A stretch of 64,000 nt of DNA from Alphaproteobacteria bacterium (lineage in GTDB: Bacteria; Pseudomonadota; Alphaproteobacteria; Rs-D84). Position 1 is the first letter of the stretch. Each line of letters starts with the position of its first letter. Positions 27,790 to 38,460 of the stretch are shown here, piece after piece. The translations under genes were made by a program, and so were the position numbers. The notes under the pieces were generated by a model. It was not told where the DNA came from. It ran no database searches and saw only the letters and a list, made by a program, of their open reading frames with translations. The stretch is taken from NCBI GenBank assembly GCA_017505705.1, contig JAFVOS010000007.1:37967-101966 (forward strand). Reading direction: 5' to 3'.

Positions 27790-29691
27790 TCAAAATTTCA
27801 ATTTACCTTTGGCCAAAACATAGACCTCGTCGGTGCCGTATGGGTTGTCGACAAATGTGGCGGTAAGATTTTTATAGCCAACGGAATATTCAATCGCTGG
27901 ACGTGATGCCAGGTCGATTTGATAATCGTTGTATAACAGTGTGCCGTTCATATTGCGTCCAGATGGCAGGCGCATATTCATTGTACCATCAATGATTGCA
28001 TCGTTTGTTGCAATGGAAATTGTCCAATTTCCCATTGTTGCGCCCAAAGTAATGGATGTTGTGTAAATGTTTGAAAAGTCGGTTACAACAGAAGAATCAC
28101 CGCTGATGTGTGGGTTGCTGATCCCCAGTTCTGTGCGATGGAAAAATTTAAGGCTGCCTGTGTCAATTGTGCCGTTTGTCGCAATGTATGTTATAGATGT
28201 CTTGTCTGTTGTGCTTAAAAATCCGTCTGCGCCCAAAAAGTCGCTGGTGCGCATACCAAATTCTATATTGCCAATTTTTGCATTTGGCTTGCTTTCTTCA
28301 CGCAGGCGAACAAATGCACGTCCAGGATTTTGTATTTTTATATTATCGTTTAACTGGGTTTTAAATGTGCGACCAAAGTCGTCTACGAATGCCAGTTGTA
28401 AATTTTCTGATTTAATTTGATGTGCAATTGTACCAGAAACACGTGCCGTTTCCAATGGACGGGCGACAGTGTCGTTAATTGGTATTAATTCTGTTCCAAC
28501 AGGTCGGGTGGCACGTTCCAGATCCAGCATGCCATGTCCATATGTTTCATCAATGCCCAGTTCGCCCAAATCACGTGCGGTGGCGAATAATAATTCGGTA
28601 ATTTGGCTGGATTTCATGTATGGGAATGCTTCACGAATAACGGCGACGGCGGCACTGACCAGTGGGGCTGCAAAACTGGTGCCGTCCAGATATTTAGAAT
28701 ATCCAGCTGATAAGTTTGTGCCAGGGGCGGTGATGCAAAAGTTCTTGGTTACCCCACATGCATTACTGAAATCTGCCAGGGCACCTGTTTGTTCGTCCCA
28801 TGCCACAACATTTACAAAATGGCCGTTTAAATCTGATGAAACGTTCGGCAATGCGGACAGGGCGTTCGACTGATTTGCGCCATTATTACCAGCGGCCCAT
28901 ACAAATATAGCATCTTGTTCACGTGCAGCATATTCAATGGCACTGATAAATGTTTCATCCGTTATTCTGACCAGGTCATTACGTGTTTTGATTGTGTTTG
29001 CGTATCTGTTGCTGATAACCCAACTGGCATTATATATATTGGCATCGTCAATCGAATTGATAATATTGCCGATTTGTTTGAATGGTAAAAAGTTATTGTT
29101 GCTGTCATATACCTTATAGCTGTTTACAACTGCATCTGGTGCAACAGATTCTGATGCGATTTGTTCAACCTTTTGACCATGGAATATATCATTGCCAGTG
29201 TCCAGAATAGCAATTGTTGAATTTTTACCTGTGTATCCACGTGCCATGGAATATGCGGCACGAATTTCATTATATTGATTATAATTTTTTGTGTATTCAC
29301 GACTGTCCATTGCTGCGGCCAGTTGTGTTTTTGTGACGTCGTTGCCAACGTGGCTATAGACGGGCAGGGTTGGTGAATGTGTGATAATCACACCACGTCC
29401 TGTGTCAACGTTGTTTGCAGATGTGGCACTGGCAGGTTGGTCGTCGCCCGATGATGATGCCCCAATAATTGCCAGACCCGCCCCAATGGCAGCCAATGCG
29501 CCACCTGCGACAGCGCTGCTGGCGGCAAAAGAGAAAGATGAGCTTTTCTTGTAGCTGGGACACTGATCTGGGTTGTATTTACGAAATGTTGCGTTTTCGC
29601 AATTCACAGAATCAATAAGTGCACCATGAACAGGCGCAGCTAATACCGCACCGCTCAAGATAACCGACAAAAATACTTTGCTCTTCATCAT
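27790..29691 (-). CDS. secreted S8 (subtilisin-like) serine protease with C-terminal beta-rich domain
   Basis: signal peptide; catalytic ILDTG, HGQKV, WAAGN, GTSFAAP; terminal Phe. Confidence 0.85.
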   Translation of the reverse strand: MMKSKVFLSVILSGAVLAAPVHGALIDSVNCENATFRKYNPDQCPSYKKSSSFSFAASSAVAGGALAAIGAGLAIIGASSSGDDQPASATSANNVDTGRGVIITHSPTLPVYSHVGNDVTKTQLAAAMDSREYTKNYNQYNEIRAAYSMARGYTGKNSTIAILDTGNDIFHGQKVEQIASESVAPDAVVNSYKVYDSNNNFLPFKQIGNIINSIDDANIYNASWVISNRYANTIKTRNDLVRITDETFISAIEYAAREQDAIFVWAAGNNGANQSNALSALPNVSSDLNGHFVNVVAWDEQTGALADFSNACGVTKNFCITAPGTNLSAGYSKYLDGTSFAAPLVSAAVAVIREAFPYMKSSQITELLFATARDLGELGIDETYGHGMLDLERATRPVGTELIPINDTVARPLETARVSGTIAHQIKSENLQLAFVDDFGRTFKTQLNDNIKIQNPGRAFVRLREESKPNAKIGNIEFGMRTSDFLGADGFLSTTDKTSITYIATNGTIDTGSLKFFHRTELGISNPHISGDSSVVTDFSNIYTTSITLGATMGNWTISIATNDAIIDGTMNMRLPSGRNMNGTLLYNDYQIDLASRPAIEYSVGYKNLTATFVDNPYGTDEVYVLAKGKLKF

Positions 29692-29834
29692 TTCTTCGTG
29701 TCCCTCCGCAGGCACCACGCCCACACATATTATTATATAGTACAAAAAAACTGCTTGTCAATATGTTGAGCGGGGAAATGTCTTGGTCGAATTTTATATT
29801 TTTACTTGATTTTTTTAAGGATTTGGTTTAGTAT

Positions 29835-29948
29835 CGGGGCACGCACATATGTGCGAAGAACACAACCGTTATGCTTATTTGTGTCTGAATCTGTAAGATT
29901 TGGGTTTTGCATACGGCGAGGATAACAACACAAAAAAGGATATAAATC
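29835..29948 (+). promoter_or_regulatory. rpsB leader (probable S2 autoregulatory RNA)
   Basis: ~110-nt structured UTR after a TAGTAT -10-like box and before rpsB; autoregulation assumed from known rpsB leaders. Confidence 0.45.
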
Positions 29949-30800
29949 ATGGCATTGCCAACATTTACAATGAAACAGTTGATGGAAGCTGGTGTGCACT
30001 TTGGTCACCACACACGTCGCTGGAATCCATTAATGACACCATATGTTTATGGCGTTAAAGATAAAATTCACATCATTAATTTGAACAAGACAGCACCATT
30101 GTTGCATCGTTCCTTGGTCGCACTGGAAGCAATTGCCGCCGCTGGTGGAAAAATTTTGTTTGTTGCAACCAAGCATCAGGCAAAAGATATTGTTAAAGAT
30201 GCAGCAGAACGTTGTGGTCAGTATTATGTTAACAACCGCTGGTTGGGTGGTATGCTGACAAACTGGACAACAGTGTCACAGTCTATTCGTCGTTTGAAAA
30301 AGATGGAACATGATATCGAAAACGCCGAAAAATTGGGCCTGACCAAGAAAGAAGTCGGTGTAATGACCAAGGAAGCAGAAAAATTACGTGATATTTTCGG
30401 TGGTATCTTGGAAATGCATGGCGTTCCACAGGCGATGGTTGTAATTGATGTTCCACGTGAAATGAATGCTGTTCGTGAAGCTAAGAACCTGGATATTCCA
30501 ACAATCGCAATTTGCGACACAAATGCGAATCCAGAAATGGTTGATTACCCAGTTCCAGGTAACGATGACGCAGCACGTGCAACCCAGTTATACTGTGATT
30601 TGTTCGTAGATGCGATTTTGTCCGGTATCGAAAAGCGTCTGGGTGGCGCAGCCGGCAAAAAAGTAGAATCTGATATGAAGGCCGATGCAGCTGATGAATT
30701 AGAAGATGAAATCAAGGAAAAAGAAGCCAAGATTAAATCTAAAACATCAGAAGCGCGTTCAGAACGTCGTGCAAAATTGGCTGACAAAGCAGATAAATAA
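29949..30800 (+). CDS. rpsB: 30S ribosomal protein S2
   Basis: LMEAGVHFGH..RWNP, RWLGGMLTN, PGNDDA. Confidence 0.97.
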   Translation: MALPTFTMKQLMEAGVHFGHHTRRWNPLMTPYVYGVKDKIHIINLNKTAPLLHRSLVALEAIAAAGGKILFVATKHQAKDIVKDAAERCGQYYVNNRWLGGMLTNWTTVSQSIRRLKKMEHDIENAEKLGLTKKEVGVMTKEAEKLRDIFGGILEMHGVPQAMVVIDVPREMNAVREAKNLDIPTIAICDTNANPEMVDYPVPGNDDAARATQLYCDLFVDAILSGIEKRLGGAAGKKVESDMKADAADELEDEIKEKEAKIKSKTSEARSERRAKLADKADK

Positions 30801-30881
30801 TATCTGAAAATGTAATCGTGCAAGGGGGGGCAACCCCCTTGTGCAACAAGATTTAAATATTTTAACATTGGGAGAAAACAC

Positions 30882-31751
30882 ATGGCGGAAATTACAACAA
30901 AAATGATTCAAGAACTGCGTGAAAAAACATCTGCAGGTATGATGGATTGTAAAAAAGCCCTGATGGAAAATGATGGTGATATCCAGGCTGCGGCTGATTG
31001 GTTGCGTCAAAAGGGTATCGTAAAGGCTGCGTCAAAAGCAGGTCGTGTTGCGGCGTCTGGTTTGGTGACAGTTGTTAAATGTGATGACATGGGTTGTGTC
31101 GTTGAATTGAATGCAGAAACAGATTTTGTTGCAAAAAATGAAATGTTCCAGAAATTGGTTTCTGGTGTTGCAAACAAAGCCCTGGAATTGTCTGGTGATT
31201 TTGATGCAACAATGGCAGCGGTCAAAGATGATATCGCAGCAACAATTGCAACGATTGGTGAAAATATGAACCTGCGTCGTATTGCAACGGTTAAGGGTGA
31301 CAAAATCTTTACATATATTCACAATGCATTGGTTCCAGGTATGGGACAGATTGGTGTGGTGGTTGCAATCAATGGTACAGATGCAAAAATTGATGAAATT
31401 GGTTCCAAAATTGCGATGCATATTGCGGCTAATAAACCAGAATTTATGACCGTTGCAGACGTTGATCCGGTGGCGGTTGAACGTGAAAAGAAAGTTTTCA
31501 TTGAATCTGGTGCAACAGCTGGCAAACCAGAAAACATTGTTGAAAAGATGGTAGAAGGTCGTTTGAAGAAATACTATGGCGAAAGTGTTCTGGAAGAACA
31601 GCCATTTGTTATGGATCCATCTAAGACAGTAAAAGAAGTCATCAGCGAAGCAAATGGTAAATTGTCTGGCTTTGCATACTTTGTATTGGGCGAAGGTATC
31701 GAAAAACGTGAAGATAACCTGGCCGATGAAGTTGCAAAAATGTTAGATTAA
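30882..31751 (+). CDS. tsf: elongation factor Ts
   Basis: LREKTSAGMMDCKKAL, ELNAETDFVAKN; follows rpsB. Confidence 0.97.
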   Translation: MAEITTKMIQELREKTSAGMMDCKKALMENDGDIQAAADWLRQKGIVKAASKAGRVAASGLVTVVKCDDMGCVVELNAETDFVAKNEMFQKLVSGVANKALELSGDFDATMAAVKDDIAATIATIGENMNLRRIATVKGDKIFTYIHNALVPGMGQIGVVVAINGTDAKIDEIGSKIAMHIAANKPEFMTVADVDPVAVEREKKVFIESGATAGKPENIVEKMVEGRLKKYYGESVLEEQPFVMDPSKTVKEVISEANGKLSGFAYFVLGEGIEKREDNLADEVAKMLD

Positions 31752-31803
31752 TGTTTGATGAATTTTGTTTAAAAGATATACACCCACCATCGGTGGGTGT
31801 GTT

Positions 31804-33093
31804 TTATTTGATTAAATCGCTGGATTTTATGTATTCTGCGTCTGTGGGCTTTAAGTGCTGACGTGCACGTTTGGCATGGGTGGTGGCCATGTCTGGGTCG
31901 CCAATCAGTGAATAATATTCGGCCATGGCCCATGCGTTTCGACCAGGATCTGTGTCGCCATAACTGCGTGCCAATACCCAATATGCCAATGGTGTTGGGG
32001 CAGATAATATCGAACGCTTGCACAGGGAAATTGCCTGGTCAATGTCAGATGGTTTTTTGCGTTCTGATAAAACCAGGGCCAGGGCTGTTTCAACCTGGGG
32101 GGCAGAACCCAATAAGGTTAATGCATGGCGGTATGCGTCGACACTGTCGTCATAGTGACCAAACTGATATTCAATATCGCCCAGCAATTCATAAAAATAA
32201 CCGTTGTTTGGGTGGCGTGATATCAGTGTCTGGGTGCCAATGCGGGCACCGTCCAGGTTGCCACCACGCATGTTGGCAATTGCACGTGCGTACAGGGCCG
32301 CATCTGATTTATCGGCGTATGGATATTTTAGCAAGACTGTTTTAGGGGCGTCCAGATAGCCAATCAATTTTGCCCGAACCATTTCAAATTCGGGTGTGGT
32401 GGTGTCTGGGGTTAGTGGTTGGTGATTGGATAATTGGTCGGTGGCGTTGTTCAGACGTTCACGTGTTAATGGATGGTTTATACGGGTTGGGTTTATTTTC
32501 CCTTCCATGACGCCTGTTTGATCGTGCATCTGTTCAAAGACAGTGATAAAACCATGTGGATTTAGGTCGGCCTTAATCATTAAATCAATCCCCAGGTTGT
32601 CCGCAATGCGTTCTTCGTCACGTGAAAATGCCATCATTGATTGGGTTGCAATGCCACCAGAACCAGCTAATACGCCGGCACCCAATGATGGGTTGCCGCC
32701 TGCGACCATCAGGCCAATCCCCAGGGCCTGAATTAACATTGTGCGTTTCATTTCTGCATCCATACGGGCCGATAACTGGGCCATGTGGCCGCCAATTGTA
32801 TGCCCCAGTTCATGCGCAATAACCGCCTGGAGGGCAGATGGGGTTTTGATTTGCTTTAACAGGCCAGTGTAAATATAGACATCTTCGCCACCACGAACAA
32901 ATGCGTTGAAGTCTTCATCATTTACAATATGTATTCGCAACCGATCTGGCGATATGTTTGCAGCGGTTGCCAGGGGGGTGACCAACTTGGTTAGAATCGT
33001 TTCTGTTTCTGTGTCGTTAATCAATGTCGCACCATAAACAGGGGGCAACAATAATATTGATAATAAAAATAGTACAATTTTACGCACCTGCAA
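31804..33093 (-). CDS. M48 metalloprotease with TPR repeats (BepA/YfgC-like)
   Basis: FNAF, AHELGH, FSRDEE, C-terminal TPR helices; start may be the GTG at 33087. Confidence 0.85.
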   Translation of the reverse strand: MQVRKIVLFLLSILLLPPVYGATLINDTETETILTKLVTPLATAANISPDRLRIHIVNDEDFNAFVRGGEDVYIYTGLLKQIKTPSALQAVIAHELGHTIGGHMAQLSARMDAEMKRTMLIQALGIGLMVAGGNPSLGAGVLAGSGGIATQSMMAFSRDEERIADNLGIDLMIKADLNPHGFITVFEQMHDQTGVMEGKINPTRINHPLTRERLNNATDQLSNHQPLTPDTTTPEFEMVRAKLIGYLDAPKTVLLKYPYADKSDAALYARAIANMRGGNLDGARIGTQTLISRHPNNGYFYELLGDIEYQFGHYDDSVDAYRHALTLLGSAPQVETALALVLSERKKPSDIDQAISLCKRSILSAPTPLAYWVLARSYGDTDPGRNAWAMAEYYSLIGDPDMATTHAKRARQHLKPTDAEYIKSSDLIK

Positions 33094-35137
33094 TTACCCC
33101 ACGATTAAAGATATACATCAAATCTGATGTCCAGTTATCCATGTCGTTATCACGTGCGGCGGTTGCAGCAAGTTTGAATAAATCACGATGTTCACGATAA
33201 TCAACAAAGTGATATTGAATCCATCCGCTTTGTCGGGTGCCCATTAATTCACCCACACCACGCATCATTAAATCTTGTTCAGCGATTACAAATCCATCAT
33301 CTGTTTCGCACAGTACGTCCAGACGCTTTAATCCATCGTCTGACAGGTTGTTCCCAAATATTAGAACGCAATACGATTGTGTGTTGCCACGCCCAACACG
33401 ACCACGTAATTGATGTAATGCCGCCAGACCAAAACGTTCTGCATTCTCGATTACGATAATAGAGGCACGTGGAACGTCAATGCCAACCTCAATCACAGTG
33501 GTGGCGACCAAGATTTGCATGTCAGAATTGTTGTCTGCAAATTTTTCCATAACCGTATCACGCTGTTTTTTGTCCATTTGGCCATGAACCAAGCCCGCAG
33601 TTGGAAATTGTTCGCACAGCATTTTGTGGCGTTCAACAACAGCAGTCATATTGGTGTCGATGTTATCTGAATCTTCGACCAGGGGGCATACCCAAAATAC
33701 CTTGGCCCCGCTGTTAATTTGTGGGCGCAGGCGCTCAATCAATTCATTTATGCGCATCATTGGCAATTTGGTTGTCTTGATTGGTTTGCGCCCGGCTGGC
33801 TTTTGGTTTATTATTGATACGTCCATGTCGCCATATATGGTCATTGACAATGTGCGTGGAATTGGTGTTGCAGATAATGCCAATAAATCTGGATTATTGC
33901 CTTTTTGACGCAGGGATTCACGTTGGGCGACCCCAAAACGATGCTGTTCGTCAATAATAACCAAACCCAAATCTTTGTATTCAACATCGGCAGAAAACAA
34001 AGCGTGGGTGCCAATAATTAAACGTGTGCGTCCAGATTTTAATGATATTAATTTTTCACGACGTGATACGCCTTTGTCACGACCTGTTAAAATTTCGCAG
34101 ACAATCCCCAGGTTGTCACACATGGGTTTTAATTTCGTATAGTGTTGTTGCGCCAATGTATCGGTTGGGGCCAATAATGCAGTACATGCCCCGGTTTCTG
34201 CCATTTTTGTTGCAGCAGCCATTGCGACAATGGTTTTTCCACTGCCAACATCGCCCTGAACCAGGCGCATCATTGGAAATTCTTGGCGCATGTCGTGGAA
34301 TATTTCGTCACAAGTGCGTTTTTGGGCGTCTGTCATTTCAAATGGCAGATTTGCATAAAAACGCTCCATCAGGTTATAACGTATTGGGCGTATTGGACGC
34401 TTGTTGCGTATATCTGATCTGTTGCGACGACTGATTACAATGGCAGATTGATGGGCCAGCAATTCACAGTATGCTAATTTTGCCATGTATGTCGCATTGG
34501 GTAATAAATCACTGCCAGATTGTGGAAAGTGAATATGGTGCAGTGCATCAAAGAATTCGTGTATGCGTTCGTCGGGTTCGGCGGCGATTTTATCAGGCAA
34601 AACCGCAAAAATCTGGTCACGTATGTTGGCAAATGTTTTTTGGGTTAATCCTTCGCCGGCCGGGTAGATGGCCTGGATTGTTGGGATTTTTGATGCGTTT
34701 TGTAATTCTTCGATAAAGTCAGGGTGGTTTATGGTTGGGCGGTTGCTGCGTTCCAGTTTCCCAGATATCATTCGCCATTGCCCAATGGGCATCTTTTTTA
34801 GCCAGTATTCCAAATAATTTGAATTAAAAAATTGAATTATGACCGAATTGCCGGCTTTGTCATTACATATAATTTGTGTGGGGCGACGTCGGCCACGAAA
34901 AAATCCGCCATTCTTGTGACTTTTTATCATTAATGGAATGGTTATGGTGTCGCCAGGTGTGACGTCCATTACATTATCGGTGATATCGCGCGCACGTACA
35001 TATGATGGGCGGTGTAATAAAAAATCTAGCACACGACGTCCCCCCAGAACATCGTCCAGACGTGCCGCCAGGACGGGCCCCACGCCCTTGATAAATTGCA
35101 GGTCTGTATTTAAAAAGTCTGTTAATTCTTTCTTCAT
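33080..35137 (-). CDS. recG: ATP-dependent DNA helicase RecG
   Basis: RLVQGDVGSGKT, DEQHRFGV, SATPIPRTL, QLRGRVGRG. Confidence 0.96.
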   Translation of the reverse strand: MKKELTDFLNTDLQFIKGVGPVLAARLDDVLGGRRVLDFLLHRPSYVRARDITDNVMDVTPGDTITIPLMIKSHKNGGFFRGRRRPTQIICNDKAGNSVIIQFFNSNYLEYWLKKMPIGQWRMISGKLERSNRPTINHPDFIEELQNASKIPTIQAIYPAGEGLTQKTFANIRDQIFAVLPDKIAAEPDERIHEFFDALHHIHFPQSGSDLLPNATYMAKLAYCELLAHQSAIVISRRNRSDIRNKRPIRPIRYNLMERFYANLPFEMTDAQKRTCDEIFHDMRQEFPMMRLVQGDVGSGKTIVAMAAATKMAETGACTALLAPTDTLAQQHYTKLKPMCDNLGIVCEILTGRDKGVSRREKLISLKSGRTRLIIGTHALFSADVEYKDLGLVIIDEQHRFGVAQRESLRQKGNNPDLLALSATPIPRTLSMTIYGDMDVSIINQKPAGRKPIKTTKLPMMRINELIERLRPQINSGAKVFWVCPLVEDSDNIDTNMTAVVERHKMLCEQFPTAGLVHGQMDKKQRDTVMEKFADNNSDMQILVATTVIEVGIDVPRASIIVIENAERFGLAALHQLRGRVGRGNTQSYCVLIFGNNLSDDGLKRLDVLCETDDGFVIAEQDLMMRGVGELMGTRQSGWIQYHFVDYREHRDLFKLAATAARDNDMDNWTSDLMYIFNRGVIAGA

Positions 35138-35206
35138 ATGTTTTAAATTTAGTGAATTTTAACTAAATATTCAATAGAAAACCCGCCAATCGGCGGGAAA
35201 AAGTTT

Positions 35207-35932
35207 TTATTTTAATTTTTTTGTCCATTCATTGTCTGGAAAGTTTAATTTTAGCATATCGGTATAGCCCTGGGCCTGATCCGGCAGACCAATTGCAGTA
35301 TAGCATTCGGTCAGGCGGAATAATGCCTCAGGTGTCATGACTGTTTCTTGGGCGCCAGATACAATTGATTGCAGACGTGAAATTGCACTGGGCCAGTTTT
35401 CACGTGCCATGTCGTTGCGGGCAGAATACATAACTTTGCCGGCAATATAGTTCTTTAAGATGATAATTTTGTTTTCTGCGTTTTTTGCATATGGACTGCG
35501 TGGAAAGCGTTTGATCAGGTTTTGAAATTCTGCCAATGCGTACGCAGACATACCGGGTTCACGACGTACATCACTGACCTGGCGGTAATAGCACATGCCA
35601 CGCAGGTACATCATATAGGCTGCGTCTTGGTGGCCAGGATGAAAGCGCATGTATCTGTCAATTGCAAGGATTGCGCTGGCAAAATCGTTGTCTAGATAGT
35701 ATGAATATGCACTCATTACCAGGGCGTCGGGTGCAAATTCATGTGATGGGTACTGGGCTTCTGCCTTTTGAAATTCTTGGGCGGCCATCTCATAATTTTC
35801 ATCGTTAAGTTCGTTGTATGCTGTTTCATATATTTTTGCCAATGGTTGCTGGACAACGATTTCGTTGTCTGGTGTGCCAGCGCACGAGCATAAAGCAATT
35901 GCACAACAGATGAATGTTAATAGTTTCTTCAT
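35207..35932 (-). CDS. bamD: outer membrane assembly lipoprotein BamD
   Basis: lipobox LCSC, TPR pattern, YMRFHP..YMMYLRGM, PEALFRL. Confidence 0.88.
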   Translation of the reverse strand: MKKLLTFICCAIALCSCAGTPDNEIVVQQPLAKIYETAYNELNDENYEMAAQEFQKAEAQYPSHEFAPDALVMSAYSYYLDNDFASAILAIDRYMRFHPGHQDAAYMMYLRGMCYYRQVSDVRREPGMSAYALAEFQNLIKRFPRSPYAKNAENKIIILKNYIAGKVMYSARNDMARENWPSAISRLQSIVSGAQETVMTPEALFRLTECYTAIGLPDQAQGYTDMLKLNFPDNEWTKKLK

Positions 35933-35984
35933 GAATTTATTCCTGTCTTGATTTTCTTTTGGTAAACGCAGTATAATCTAAACC

Positions 35985-37445
35985 ATGAAACTAGGCAAAC
36001 ATATTTTCGGGGTAGGTGCCATGACAGGCATCAGTCGCATATTCGGATTTATTCGGGATATGTTGATTGCACGTGTGTTGGGGGCGGGGCGACTGTCTGA
36101 CATATTCTTGGCGGCGTTCAAATTGCCGAATTTATTTCGTGATTTATTGGGTGAAGGGGCGTTGTCTGCAATATTTATCCCAATGTATACTGATTTAAAA
36201 AAAGATGATGGGTTTGCTAAAAATGTGTTTTCGTGGTTAATGGTTGTGTTGTTGGGCATAACTGTTTTGTTTGAAATTTTTATGCCTTTTGTTATTTGGG
36301 GGCTGGCACCGGGATTCGATGCGGATCCAGGTAAAATAGAGATGACCATTACAATTGCACGTATAATGTTTGTGTATGTGATATTTGTTTGTGGGGCGGC
36401 GTTTCTGTCTGCGATTCTGAATGCTTTTTCTAGGTTTTTGTTGGCTGCGTTTATGCCAGTGTTGTTGAATGTTATGCTGATTGGGGCGTTGTTGTGTGCA
36501 ATGTTCTGGGGAACAGAAAATGTTCTGTATTTAATGGCTGGGACAGTGGTTGTATCTGGTGTTGTTCAGTTCTCAATTCTGTGGGGGCGCATTCGCAGAC
36601 GGCATTTTGGGTTGCGTTTGGTGGTGCCACGTGTGACGCCTGGGATAAAAAGTGTGTTTAAACGCCTGGGGGTTAGTTTGGTTGGAACTGGGTTTTATCA
36701 GATTACGATAATTATTGGTACATTTGTCGCCAGCTTTCAAAGTGGGGCGGTGTCTTGGCTGTATTATTCAGACAGAATTGTTCAGCTGCCATTTGCGATG
36801 ATTGGATTGGCGGTGGGTACGGTATTAATGTCCTCGATTTCAAATGCGCTGGCAGATAAAAATATGCGCAGTGTATATATTCAGCAGAACTCTTCGATGC
36901 GGCGATCTTTGATGTTGATTTTTCCATGCGTGGTGGGGTTGTTGGTGCTGGCGGAACCAATAATTCGATTCTTGTTTGAATATGGTGCGTGGACAGCGGC
37001 ATCGACAACGGCGGTGGCAAATGCAATTGTTATCCAGGTGTTGGTGTTGCCAGCGATGTTGGTCAGTCAGATTTACAGTAAAACACTGTATGCGGCACAG
37101 GATGTAAAAACACCGGTTAAGACCAGTATGGTATCATTGGGGGTGGCGGCTGTTTTATATTTAGTATTGTTCCCAATTGTTGGATATTTGGCAATTCCGA
37201 TTGGTGTTGTTATCAGCGGGTATCTGAAAAATTATTTGCTGGGGCGTGTGTGCAGAAAGCGGGCGTTGGTAAATCATGATGTGCGAACATGGCGGGCCAT
37301 TATTGCATTTGGTTTGTGGGCGGCAATTGTTGGAATGGGGTTGCGTTTGGTGCCGATAACCAGTATTTGGATGCTGGGGGGGGCAATTGCAGGATATGCG
37401 ATTGTTTATTTGCCAGGGGCGTATATTATAGATAGAAAAATTTAG
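35985..37445 (+). CDS. murJ: lipid II flippase MurJ
   Basis: SRIFGFIRD, AFKLPNLFR, EGAL, YSDRIVQLP; multi-TM. Confidence 0.93.
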   Translation: MKLGKHIFGVGAMTGISRIFGFIRDMLIARVLGAGRLSDIFLAAFKLPNLFRDLLGEGALSAIFIPMYTDLKKDDGFAKNVFSWLMVVLLGITVLFEIFMPFVIWGLAPGFDADPGKIEMTITIARIMFVYVIFVCGAAFLSAILNAFSRFLLAAFMPVLLNVMLIGALLCAMFWGTENVLYLMAGTVVVSGVVQFSILWGRIRRRHFGLRLVVPRVTPGIKSVFKRLGVSLVGTGFYQITIIIGTFVASFQSGAVSWLYYSDRIVQLPFAMIGLAVGTVLMSSISNALADKNMRSVYIQQNSSMRRSLMLIFPCVVGLLVLAEPIIRFLFEYGAWTAASTTAVANAIVIQVLVLPAMLVSQIYSKTLYAAQDVKTPVKTSMVSLGVAAVLYLVLFPIVGYLAIPIGVVISGYLKNYLLGRVCRKRALVNHDVRTWRAIIAFGLWAAIVGMGLRLVPITSIWMLGGAIAGYAIVYLPGAYIIDRKI

Positions 37446-37519
37446 TCAAAATAAAATTTGAATCAAGGGCTTGTTTATGATAAAATACAATCATAAAAGA
37501 ATGTAAGGAGTCCTTAGTC

Positions 37520-38419
37520 ATGAAAAAAATAATTTCCTTGGCGGTGTTGACCGCATTGGTTTCTGGGTGTGCTGATCTTAGCACCACGTCAAATCCAAAT
37601 GGATATGCAGCAGATGGTTTCGGTGAAGAAGTTCTGGTTACAGAATCTGCGGAACAATCATTGAATAATGAAGCATATTTGATGGCCCCTGCGCCAAAGT
37701 ATTATATTGGTACAGCTTACAAGGTTGAAGATGTTCAATATATCCCAGTTGAAGATATGTCATATAATCAGGCTGGTTTTGCGGGCGTTATCCCAACAGA
37801 ATTGAATGGAACCAAGACAAGCAATGGTGAAGTTTTTGATGTTAATCAAATGGTTGCAACCAGTAAGGTATTGCCTTTGCCAACGATTGTACGTGTGACA
37901 AATTTGGACAATGGTCAGTCTGTGGTTGTGCGTGTAAATAATCGTGGACCATTTGTAAATACACGTATTATGGATTTGTCCCCAGCAGCAGCACAAAGAA
38001 TTGGTCTGCGTGGTCAGGGTAAAATCCAGGTTCAGGTATTGGCAAAAGAATCAACAGCGGTTAAGGATGCAACATTGGGGGCAACAGTGCCACAGCAACC
38101 AGAACCAGTTGCAGCACCTGCACCAGCAGTGGCGGAACCAGTTGCAGTTGAACCAGCACCTGCAGCACCAGTTGCAACAGGGGATTACAGTGTTCAGGTC
38201 GCAGCGTTCTATGCAGAAGACAGTGCAACATCATTGGCAAATCGCATGAAAACATATGGTGATGCGGTTGTTGTGACAGAAGGGGATATGTATAAGGTAC
38301 GTATCATTAATCTGGATGCAACCCAGGCACGTGGTGTGATTGATGCATTGCGCAATAATGAAGGTATGGCGCCAGGTTTGTTGAAATCTGGTCGCTGGGT
38401 GAATGCAGACAGTATTTAA
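37520..38419 (+). CDS. rlpA: septal ring lytic transglycosylase RlpA family lipoprotein with SPOR domain
   Basis: lipobox VSGC, TSNGEVFD, VRVNNRGPF, P/A linker, SVQVAAF SPOR domain. Confidence 0.85.
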   Translation: MKKIISLAVLTALVSGCADLSTTSNPNGYAADGFGEEVLVTESAEQSLNNEAYLMAPAPKYYIGTAYKVEDVQYIPVEDMSYNQAGFAGVIPTELNGTKTSNGEVFDVNQMVATSKVLPLPTIVRVTNLDNGQSVVVRVNNRGPFVNTRIMDLSPAAAQRIGLRGQGKIQVQVLAKESTAVKDATLGATVPQQPEPVAAPAPAVAEPVAVEPAPAAPVATGDYSVQVAAFYAEDSATSLANRMKTYGDAVVVTEGDMYKVRIINLDATQARGVIDALRNNEGMAPGLLKSGRWVNADSI

Positions 38420-38460
38420 TATAATTGTTTGAATAAAAATCCCCCAAAGTTGGGGGATTT

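Noticed and set aside
27015-27790. Recombinase as part of a transposon or prophage
   Set aside because: No transposase, terminal repeats, att sites or phage genes were seen; the flanks are envelope genes.
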